Of a stretch of 11,013 nucleotides of DNA, positions 1 through 7,262 are shown piece after piece (position 1 is the first letter of the stretch; each line of letters opens with the position of its first letter). The translations under genes were made by a program, and so were the position numbers. The notes under the pieces were generated by a model. That model worked only from the letters and a program-made list of their open reading frames with translations, did not search any database and was not told the origin of the DNA. The DNA lies in NCBI GenBank assembly GCA_051117555.1, contig JBNPEG010000246.1:1-11013 (forward strand), in the 5' to 3' direction. This DNA is from Elainellaceae cyanobacterium (GTDB taxonomy: Bacteria; Cyanobacteriota; Cyanobacteriia; CAZCXK01).

Positions 1-84
1 GAGACTCATTTCCTTTAGTTTGAGACTCATTTCCTTTAGTTTGAGACTCATTTCCTTTAGTTCGAGTGCTCGTTCCTTTAGTTC
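1..84. repeat. 21-bp tandem repeat array (VNTR-like), truncated by the window start
   Basis: GAGACTCATTTCCTTTAGTTT at 1-21 and 22-42. The copy at 43-63 has one mismatch, and a diverged copy GAGTGCTCGTTCCTTTAGTTC lies at 64-84. There are no spacers between units. Confidence 0.95.
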
Positions 85-209
85 GCTGCGCTATTTCATT
101 CGAACGATATGCCGTGAACGTTCTTCAAGTTCCAATTCCGTTTGTTTTTGAGACCCATTGCTTTGTTTTGAGGGGCGATCGCCAGTTTCAAGCCACTTTG
201 CCAGAACGT

Positions 210-1034
210 TTACTTAATGTCTGCCCCCAAAAAAGAATCTGCATGGCGCTCATGGTCGTAGTTTGGATCGTGAGTGCCAAGTATTCGATCCCAGAAAGTG
301 AAATACAGCCCATAGTGCCGGGTGTGTTTGCGATGGTGAATCAAATGATGGTGTGACCCAATTAACCATCGTCCACACCAATGGTATAAAGACGATGCTG
401 GAAATAACCGAATCCCTAAATGAGTAATCACTGCCCAAAGCGTCATCGTCATTAACACCGCGATCAGGGTGATGAAATGGAGAGGAATGATGAATACCAA
501 CCCCACAAAGAAAAGCCCCTGGATAAGCGCCTCTACTGGATCAAATGCAAACGATGTCCACGGAGTCGGCACACCTGAATGGTGATGTCCTTGATGGAGC
601 CACTTAAACACCATCGGATGATGAAGCGCCCGATGAATAAAGTAGAAATATGTATCTTGAAGAAACAGTACGGCTAAAAAACTGACCCCTAGGTATCGAA
701 GCCCGTAGGTGTGAATGTCAGTGTAGAGACGCGTTACCCCGTGATGATAGGCCAGCATCACGACTGCCGAACATATCGCAAACAAGACGGTAGACGAAAT
801 CGATAATTCAATATCGTTTTGAATAGACGTGCGCGTTGGAGGCTTCAAACGGAGCTGCCGTCGAACGACATGGTGCCGTAGGGCTGAATAAATGAGCCAG
901 TGTATTCCGCCGGCGATCAAAAAATAGCGGCCTAGAATAATCCAGAAGAAGGCAATCCAGTAAAATCCGAGGGTTTCCAAGTTCAAGAAAGTATTTTGAA
1001 ATAAACCACAGGAGCTTAGCGATGAGTCGAACAT
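210..1034 (-). CDS. Sterol desaturase / fatty acid hydroxylase superfamily membrane protein
   Basis: 274-aa ORF with hydrophobic segments and di-metal His boxes (HRALHH, HQGHHHS, HHHLIHH). It also has DTYFYFIHR, PTPWTSFAFDP and a C-terminal HYGLYFTFWDRILGT, all typical of the ERG3/ERG25-like family. The substrate is unknown and the start codon is somewhat uncertain. Confidence 0.88.
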   Translation of the reverse strand: MFDSSLSSCGLFQNTFLNLETLGFYWIAFFWIILGRYFLIAGGIHWLIYSALRHHVVRRQLRLKPPTRTSIQNDIELSISSTVLFAICSAVVMLAYHHGVTRLYTDIHTYGLRYLGVSFLAVLFLQDTYFYFIHRALHHPMVFKWLHQGHHHSGVPTPWTSFAFDPVEALIQGLFFVGLVFIIPLHFITLIAVLMTMTLWAVITHLGIRLFPASSLYHWCGRWLIGSHHHLIHHRKHTRHYGLYFTFWDRILGTHDPNYDHERHADSFLGADIK

Positions 1035-1114
1035 TCTAATTCTACAGGGCTTATGCGTTTCGATTAATTGAGATTAATTTTGTATAGCCTTACGCTCTCG
1101 TGTGCGAAGTTGAA

Positions 1115-1153
1115 AGCGTATAGAACCCACACGTCGCGCGGGTTCTATACGCT
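1115..1153. repeat. Perfect 14-bp inverted repeat (hairpin) in the divergent desaturase/sbcC intergenic region
   Basis: AGCGTATAGAACCC (1115-1128), an 11-nt spacer, then GGGTTCTATACGCT (1140-1153), which is its exact reverse complement. Confidence 0.9.
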
Positions 1154-1208
1154 AATCTAGGCTTGCAGTGCTGTAAAAGCCTAGCGGAACTCAGTTCGGG
1201 TGTATTAA

Positions 1209-1222
1209 AGTACAGTTGCACT
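1209..1222 (+). promoter_or_regulatory. Putative cyanobacterial LexA box upstream of sbcC
   Basis: AGTACAGTTGCACT differs at one position from the cyanobacterial LexA palindrome AGTAC-N4-GTACT (RGTACNNNDGTWCB). It ends 33 nt before the likely sbcC ATG at 1256. Confidence 0.6.
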
Positions 1223-1255
1223 GACTTGTGCAATTCGCCTGCACTGCTAATCTGC

Positions 1256-4200
1256 ATGATTCCGCTTCAAATAACGCTAAAAAATTTTTTGAGCTATCGA
1301 AATGCCACGCTTAATTTTCGAGGGTTGCATGTGGCATGCATTTGTGGGGCAAATGGGGCGGGCAAATCATCATTGCTAGAGGCGATCGCCTGGGCGATTT
1401 GGGGGCAGGGGCGAGCCGCCTCCGAAGATGATTTGATTCATCTGGGCACCAAAGAAGCACAGGTTGATTTCATTTTTTCGTGCCATCAGCAAACCTATCG
1501 CATCATCCGCAGCCGCTACCGGGGGCAAACCAGTTCGCTAGAGTTCCAAATTCAAACTCAGCGAGGCTTCCGCTCGCTTACAGCACGAGGCGTTCGCGCG
1601 ACTCAACACCTGATTCGAGAGCATATTCGTCTTGACTATGACACCTTTATAAATTCTGCCTACTTGCGGCAAGGCCGGGCAGATGAGTTTATGCTAAAGC
1701 GCCCAAGTGAGCGCAAGCAAATTTTGGCAGATTTACTCAAACTCGACCACTACGACCAACTCGCAGAACAGGCGAAAGAGCGATCGCGCCAGACAAAAGC
1801 AGAAGTCGGCGTACTTGAACGCACCATTGACGAGTTAGACACCCAACTCCAGCAGGGAGAGCAAATTGCAGCAGAGCGATCGCACTTAGAAGATCTCCTC
1901 GTTCAGCGTCGTCAGCAGCAAGAGCACGATGCTCAAGCGCTTAAGCAGCTTCAGGGTGTTCAGCAGCAACGGCAGACTTGGCTGCAAGACGTAGCGCTTG
2001 CCCAGCAGCAGCGGCAGCACCTCTTGCAAGAGCAAGAGCGGACGCATCACAACTTCACTGATTTGGGGCAGCAACACCGCCGCCTCGATGCCATTCTCGC
2101 AGACGCAGAGGCGATCGCCACGGGGTATCATCAGCTTCAAGCCCTGCAACTCGAAGACGAACGTCAAACGGAGCGGTTTCAAGCCGATCAAACCGCTCAA
2201 GCAAATCTGCAATCCCTGAAGCAGCAGCTTGCTGAGATCACGAGTGGCTACACTGATCAACTCCGGGATGTGCAGTCGCGTCTGGATGCTCTAAACCACG
2301 ATGAAGACGACGTTGTGAGTGTGCTCCAAAAAGTAGGAGACTTGGAGCCTGCCCTCAGACAGCTCTACCAATCTCGACAGCGCCTCAGCGACCTCGATCA
2401 GCTCCAAACTCAGGCATCTCCCCTTATTCAACGGCAGCAGCAGCTCCAAAATCGACTGCATCTTGAATATGCCCGCCTCACCGCTCGCCTAGAAGAACTG
2501 CAATCGTCGGCAGAACAGCTTTATGCGCAACAGCAGCGTCAGCCTCAGCTACAACAAGCGGTGTTAGATGTTGCCCATCAAATCGAATATTTTGAGCAGC
2601 GTCGGCTCTATCAACAGCAGGTGCGCGAAAAAGGCACTGAGCGTCGTCATTTTTTAGAACGGCTGCAAGATCGTCAGCGAGATTATGAGCGCCAGATTGC
2701 AGAATGGGATGCAAAGATTCGCATGCTGCAAGCGGGACATGGGTCTAATGGGGCTGGATATGCGCACGATCGAGACTATAGACCGCAAGAGGCGCAAGAG
2801 GCGCAAGAGGCGCAGGCTGGATTGAGTCCAGCGCATCGAGAGACTGATTATTATCAAGAGGCTGATTATCGAGATGCCTATTCCATCTCTACTCAGTCTC
2901 TTCCCGAACATGACAGTGTGTCATATCCACCGTGTCCCCTGTGCGATCGCCCGTTAGATCAACACCACTGGCAGCTCGTCCTTGAACGCCATCAAGCCGA
3001 ACAGAAAGACCTTTTAAGACAGCTTTGGGTTGTCCGAGAACAGCTTGCCGTCTCCGAGCGCGAAATTCAAATCCTCCGGCAAGAATATCGAGACCTCGAT
3101 CAGGAGCTGGCTCAATACGGCAGCGTCTTAGAGCGACGCGGGCAGCTCCAAGAACAGATTCAAGGAGCCGTTGACGTGCAACAGCGATTGCGGGAGATGG
3201 CCGATGAGCGAGCATCAATCCAGCGATCGCTCCAATTGGGTGGCTATGCGCCAGAGCTTCAGGCAGAATTGGACGCGCTCAATCAAAGTCTACAGCGCCT
3301 CAACTACGACGATAAAACGCATGCCCTCGTTCGCGGTGATGTTGAGCGATGGCGGTGGGCAGAAATTAAGCAGGCTGAGGTTAAACAAGCGCAGCGTCGC
3401 TACAGTCGCATTCAGGAACAGCGTCCCCAGCTCGAAGCCCAAATCTCAGCGCTAAACCAGCACCTCCAAGCGGTGTATGACTCCCCACTTCAGCATGATA
3501 TTCATCAGCTTGAGGCATATTTGGCTGATTTGGGCTATGACGCCAACTACCATTCCGCTCTCCGGGCTGCTCTCCGCCAAGCTCAATCGTGGCAGCTCCG
3601 CTATCAAGAACTGCGTCAAGCCCAGCAGCAGGTTCCCATACTTCAGCAGCGTGCTCGCGAACTTGAACAGGCTTTAACTGAATTGGATCAGTCCCTAGCA
3701 GCCGTGGATGAACAAATTGCCCGTTTGCAATCCGAGCTTGCTCAAACGCCCGATCGCCAAGACGCAATTCAACGCCTAGAGAACCAGATTAAACAGCGGC
3801 GATCGCAATTGGATGAACATTTGGCGCAACTGGGTCGTCTTCAGCAACAGCAGCAGCAGCACGATAACCTCCGCCAGCAGCTTGGCGACCAGAAGCACCG
3901 GCTAGATACGGCTCGACAGCAGAGCCGTGTCTATCATGAACTGGCTCAAGCGTTTGGTAAGAACGGGATTCAGTCTCTCATGATTGAAAATGTGCTGCCC
4001 CAGCTCGAAACCGAAGCCAACCAAATCTTGGGACGGTTGAGCGCTAATCAGCTCCATGTACAATTTGTGACCCAGCGAGCCGGACGACGCAAGTCATCTC
4101 GATTAATCGATACGCTTGATATCTTGATTGGTGATATTCAAGGGACTCGTCCCTACGAAACCTATTCCGGTGGGGAGGCGTTTCGCGTCAATTTTGCCAT

Positions 4201-4450
4201 TCGATTGGCACTGGCTCGGCTGCTGGCTCAGCGGTCGGGAACGTCCCTACAAATGCTGATTGTCGATGAAGGGTTTGGAACTCAAGATGCCGCTGGATGC
4301 GATCGCCTGATTAGCGCCATCAATGCGATCGCCTCTGATTTTGCCTGCATTCTCACCGTCACCCACATGCCTCATCTTAAGGAGGCATTTCAAACTCGCA
4401 TTGAAGTGCAAAAAACGCCCGATGGTTCTACTCTCCACTTGCTGATGTGA
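1256..4450 (+). CDS. sbcC: Exonuclease SbcCD subunit C (Rad50/SMC-like ATPase)
   Basis: N-terminus MIPLQITLKNFLSY, Walker A GANGAGKSS, and a Q-loop region YLRQGRADEF. A long Gln/Leu/Glu coiled coil has the zinc hook CPLC at 2933-2944. The C-terminus has the signature YSGGE, Walker B/D-loop LIVDEGFGTQD and H-loop VTHM. The start is placed at ATG 1256 (1064 aa) rather than the TTG at 1163. Confidence 0.95.
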   Translation: MIPLQITLKNFLSYRNATLNFRGLHVACICGANGAGKSSLLEAIAWAIWGQGRAASEDDLIHLGTKEAQVDFIFSCHQQTYRIIRSRYRGQTSSLEFQIQTQRGFRSLTARGVRATQHLIREHIRLDYDTFINSAYLRQGRADEFMLKRPSERKQILADLLKLDHYDQLAEQAKERSRQTKAEVGVLERTIDELDTQLQQGEQIAAERSHLEDLLVQRRQQQEHDAQALKQLQGVQQQRQTWLQDVALAQQQRQHLLQEQERTHHNFTDLGQQHRRLDAILADAEAIATGYHQLQALQLEDERQTERFQADQTAQANLQSLKQQLAEITSGYTDQLRDVQSRLDALNHDEDDVVSVLQKVGDLEPALRQLYQSRQRLSDLDQLQTQASPLIQRQQQLQNRLHLEYARLTARLEELQSSAEQLYAQQQRQPQLQQAVLDVAHQIEYFEQRRLYQQQVREKGTERRHFLERLQDRQRDYERQIAEWDAKIRMLQAGHGSNGAGYAHDRDYRPQEAQEAQEAQAGLSPAHRETDYYQEADYRDAYSISTQSLPEHDSVSYPPCPLCDRPLDQHHWQLVLERHQAEQKDLLRQLWVVREQLAVSEREIQILRQEYRDLDQELAQYGSVLERRGQLQEQIQGAVDVQQRLREMADERASIQRSLQLGGYAPELQAELDALNQSLQRLNYDDKTHALVRGDVERWRWAEIKQAEVKQAQRRYSRIQEQRPQLEAQISALNQHLQAVYDSPLQHDIHQLEAYLADLGYDANYHSALRAALRQAQSWQLRYQELRQAQQQVPILQQRARELEQALTELDQSLAAVDEQIARLQSELAQTPDRQDAIQRLENQIKQRRSQLDEHLAQLGRLQQQQQQHDNLRQQLGDQKHRLDTARQQSRVYHELAQAFGKNGIQSLMIENVLPQLETEANQILGRLSANQLHVQFVTQRAGRRKSSRLIDTLDILIGDIQGTRPYETYSGGEAFRVNFAIRLALARLLAQRSGTSLQMLIVDEGFGTQDAAGCDRLISAINAIASDFACILTVTHMPHLKEAFQTRIEVQKTPDGSTLHLLM
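2784..2814 (+). repeat. In-frame 9-bp tandem repeat within sbcC (QEA x3)
   Basis: CGCAAGAGG at 2784, 2793 and 2802, followed by a partial CGCA. Confidence 0.9.
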
Positions 4451-4483
4451 ATTTGATGTGAGCGCCTGGACGGTTATTTTCAA

Positions 4484-4501
4484 GCCTTTCGCCTTTCGCC
4501 T
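4484..4501. repeat. Short heptamer tandem repeat (STRR-like) between convergent sbcC and accB
   Basis: GCCTTTC GCCTTTC GCCT, overlapping the accB stop codon. Confidence 0.5.
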
Positions 4502-5018
4502 AATTGGGCTTCACGCGCATGAGTGTTTGCCCATATTCAACCGGGTCACCATTTTGCACTAAAATTTCTACCACTTCGCCCGACACTTCGGCTTCAAGCT
4601 CATTCATGAGTTTCATGGCTTCGATAATGCAGACCGTTTGTCCGGGGCGGATGCGATCGCCCATATCCACAAACGGTGGCTCATCAGGTGCTGGCGATCG
4701 ATAAAACGTTCCGACCATGGGTGACATAATATCGACAAGCTGCTGCTCGATAACGGTGGGGGTCGGGCTTGATGCCGAAACAGTCGACGCCGAGTCAGCG
4801 GCGCTGGTAGGGTGTGGAACTGTAGTGGGTGAGACAGGAGGAGCAACGACCGACGGTGGAGCCAGACTGTCTGACCACATCAGTGATTCAGGTGCGCCCC
4901 TCTTTAACCCTTTTCTAATTGTCAGCTCAAAATCGTCGCTTTTAAGCGTCAATTCTTCGATGTCAGTCTCATTCAAAGCCGACACCAGTTCACGCAGTTC
5001 GTTAAATTTGAGTTCCAC
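4500..5018 (-). CDS. accB: Acetyl-CoA carboxylase biotin carboxyl carrier protein
   Basis: GTG start, N-terminal ELRELV...[14 protein letters not shown], a Pro/Ala/Ser-rich linker, [13 protein letters not shown], and the biotinylation motif EAMKLM. It lies downstream of efp, as is usual in cyanobacteria. Confidence 0.97.
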   Translation of the reverse strand: MELKFNELRELVSALNETDIEELTLKSDDFELTIRKGLKRGAPESLMWSDSLAPPSVVAPPVSPTTVPHPTSAADSASTVSASSPTPTVIEQQLVDIMSPMVGTFYRSPAPDEPPFVDMGDRIRPGQTVCIIEAMKLMNELEAEVSGEVVEILVQNGDPVEYGQTLMRVKPN

Positions 5019-5199
5019 AGTCTACATTGCCCACTTTCACAAAACGTTCTGAATGTTGAGTTTTGAATATTTAGCTTGGGTCACCTCCAACTTTCGACAT
5101 TCAATTCTCAATTTTGCCTATGTCTAGACCTGCTAATGTCGCGGGTAAAGATTCAAAAACTTGAGTAAAATCAGCGACCTGAGCTAAAGAGATTGAGGC

Positions 5200-5237
5200 A
5201 TCTTACTCTTGCCCTAAATCTTACTCTCGCCCTAAAT
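5200..5237 (-). repeat. 18-bp tandem duplication of the efp 3' end, including the stop codon
   Basis: ATCTTACTCTTGCCCTAA (5200-5217) and ATCTTACTCTCGCCCTAA (5218-5235) differ at one position. Confidence 0.85.
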
Positions 5238-5778
5238 AAGAATCATTGCGAGTGTCAACCTTAATCCGCTCACCAATAGAAATAAAGAGCGGAACCATAA
5301 CTTGAGCGCCCGTTTCTACAATGGCAGGTTTGGTTCCTCCAGTGGCGGTATCTCCTTTAACACCTGGATCAGTCTCGGCGACTTCTAGCACGACCGAATT
5401 GGGCAGCTCAACCTCAAGGATCTGATCTCCCCAACGAACGACGTTAACTTCCATTTCTTCTCGCAGATATTTGACGCGATCGCCAATCTGATCAGCCGTC
5501 AGTCGCGTTTCCTCATAGGTTTCCATATCCATAAACACATACTGCTCACCTTCTCTATAGGTGTGCTGCATTGTGCTCTTTTCCAGGGTCGCTTGAGGAA
5601 CGGTTTCACCTGCGCGGAAGGTTCGATCAACCGTGTTGCCCGATTGGACATTCTTAAGCTTTGTCCGCACAAATGCAGATCCCTTACCGGGTTTAACGTG
5701 AAGGAACTCCACTACTTTCCAAACTTGACCATCTAACTCAATACTGACGCCTGTGCGAAAGTCATTACTGGAGATCAT
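5221..5778 (-). CDS. efp: Translation elongation factor P
   Basis: [10 protein letters not shown] start (ATG 5778, 185 aa), [12 protein letters not shown] with the conserved Lys, and [18 protein letters not shown]. Confidence 0.98.
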   Translation of the reverse strand: MISSNDFRTGVSIELDGQVWKVVEFLHVKPGKGSAFVRTKLKNVQSGNTVDRTFRAGETVPQATLEKSTMQHTYREGEQYVFMDMETYEETRLTADQIGDRVKYLREEMEVNVVRWGDQILEVELPNSVVLEVAETDPGVKGDTATGGTKPAIVETGAQVMVPLFISIGERIKVDTRNDSYLGRE

Positions 5779-5847
5779 GAATCTTGCTGCTGGGGAGAAC
5801 AATCGGCATCTAATTTTACCCCTCAAGGGGACGACACTCCATACTTA

Positions 5848-5925
5848 CCAGAGCATTTTTCCAGAGCATTTTGAAGAGGAGATGGGCAACCATCCCCGAA
5901 ATGGCAGACAGGAAATGGCAGACAG
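5848..5925. repeat. Two short tandem duplications in the efp/cyclophilin divergent intergenic region
   Basis: CCAGAGCATTTT at 5848-5859 and 5861-5872. GAAATGGCAGACAG at 5898-5911 and 5912-5925. Confidence 0.85.
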
Positions 5926-6070
5926 TGTGGCAAGATCAAACATGGAATTTCATGGAAGTCTTGCCTGCAATTTGCCCGGGCGCGGGATTGCTCAAGCGAT
6001 GCAGGTATTCCATGCGATGACATATGCCGTATTCCGAACCAACCCCATGATCAGCGTCTTCGCCAATCTA

Positions 6071-7261
6071 ATGGATAATTCTCATTCGACTCCCGGATCT
6101 AACGATTCTAACAATCGAGGTCAATCCAGCCCCATTCACCAATCGAGTCGATCTCTCATTTCAATGCTCTTGCCAATGATCCTGACTGCCTTGCTAGCAG
6201 GACTCGTACTCGTCGGGTGGAGTCAGCCCGTTGCAGCCGATTCGCTTATTAGTCGACTGCCTCCTGGGAATGCCGTGACGGACGGTAGCGCGTTACTCCG
6301 CTATGCATTACCCATCGAAAATAAGCCGGTTCGCCGCCTTCAAGAGGCACTCGAAGGCATTTCTGAAACATTGCGAGTTCAGGGGAGCCGACGGGTTAGC
6401 TCTATCAATCGCAATATTAAAACTGCCAATCGGGTGTTGGCTCGTCCTGAAAAGATTTTGACTAGTGTCCCTGACGCTCGGATGGCTGAAGCTGAAGCGA
6501 TCATGAGCACCATTCGAGAGGACCTGAATATGCTCCAGGCCGCAGTCGATGCCGAAGATAAAGAAGCCGTTTGGATTGAGCGGGGCAAACTCCTCGGGCA
6601 GGTCGGAGAGTTGGAAGAGTTGATGATCGAGGACTTTCCGTTTGAGATTCCGTCTGAGTATAGCGATCTGCCTCAACTGAAAGGACGGGCGACGATCGAG
6701 ATGACCTTTCGCGACAAGGGAACTGTGAGGCTAGTGGTCGATGGCTATAACGCCCCCATTACCGCAGGCAACTTTGTCGATTTGATCCAGCGAGGATTTT
6801 ATGACGGCTTACCTGTGACCCGTGCTGAGAAATTTTATGTGGTGCAGTTGGGCGATCCTCCAGGGCCTGAGGATGGATTTATCGATCCGAAAACCGATGA
6901 ATATCGGACAATTCCGCTAGAAGTGATGATTGACGGAGATTCAGAACCGCTTTATGGCATCACGATGGAAGATGCCGGACGATATCTCGATGATCCGGTA
7001 CTCCCTTTTTCAGCGTATGGTGCTGTGGCAATGGCTCGTCCGGGGGATGATCCCAATGGTGGTTCGTCTCAGTTCTTTTTCTTTCTCTTTGAGCCAGAAT
7101 TAACTCCAGCAGGGCTGAATTTATTGGACGGTCGCTATGCTGTGTTTGGCTATGTCACCGACAATAAGGACGTTTTAGATAACTTAGATGTGGGCGATCG
7201 CGTCGAGTCTGCCAGGGTCGTCAAAGGGCTAGATAATCTGGTCGAACCTCAAGCCGCCTAG
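6071..7261 (+). CDS. Cyclophilin-type peptidyl-prolyl isomerase, TLP40/CYP38-like thylakoid lumen protein
   Basis: Signal-peptide-like LTALLAGLVLVGWSQPVAA, a helical domain starting LPPGNAVTDGSALLRYALP, and a cyclophilin domain (LPQLKGRATIEM, VVDGYNAPITAGNFVDL, GSSQFFFFLFEPELTPAGLNLLDGRYAVFGYV). The start is uncertain, with ATG 6071 or 6164 plausible. The 5753 start is unlikely. Confidence 0.9.
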   Translation: MDNSHSTPGSNDSNNRGQSSPIHQSSRSLISMLLPMILTALLAGLVLVGWSQPVAADSLISRLPPGNAVTDGSALLRYALPIENKPVRRLQEALEGISETLRVQGSRRVSSINRNIKTANRVLARPEKILTSVPDARMAEAEAIMSTIREDLNMLQAAVDAEDKEAVWIERGKLLGQVGELEELMIEDFPFEIPSEYSDLPQLKGRATIEMTFRDKGTVRLVVDGYNAPITAGNFVDLIQRGFYDGLPVTRAEKFYVVQLGDPPGPEDGFIDPKTDEYRTIPLEVMIDGDSEPLYGITMEDAGRYLDDPVLPFSAYGAVAMARPGDDPNGGSSQFFFFLFEPELTPAGLNLLDGRYAVFGYVTDNKDVLDNLDVGDRVESARVVKGLDNLVEPQAA

Positions 7262-7262
7262 C

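Noticed and set aside
1..84. CRISPR array
   Set aside because: The units are directly adjacent with no unique spacers, and there are no cas genes in the window.
66..438. ORFs 66..356 (+) and 250..438 (-)
   Set aside because: They overlap the well-supported desaturase gene and have no recognisable motifs.
1201..1214. NtcA site (TGTA...TACA)
   Set aside because: The spacing is GTA-N6-TAC, not the GTA-N8-TAC required for NtcA.
1163..1255. 31-aa N-terminal extension of SbcC from TTG 1163
   Set aside because: The family-like sequence starts at MIPLQITLKNF (ATG 1256). The extension runs through hairpins and the putative LexA box.
1256..4450. SMC-type defence system (Wadjet/Lamassu) or an intein in SbcC
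   Set aside because: The protein has a Rad50-type zinc hook and housekeeping neighbours, with no partner defence genes. The insertion lacks intein terminal residues such as a C-terminal His-Asn.
1886..4483. Antisense and alternative-frame ORFs within sbcC
   Set aside because: These are shadow ORFs of a biased coiled-coil coding sequence with no protein-like motifs.
4504..5052. Plus-strand and alternative-frame ORFs over accB
   Set aside because: They are shadows of accB with no independent support.
5753..6070. Long N-terminal extensions of the cyclophilin (from 5753) and efp (from 5826), and ORF 5823..6023
   Set aside because: They would overlap each other head-to-head, leave no promoter space, and read through tandem duplications. 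The conserved sequences begin later.
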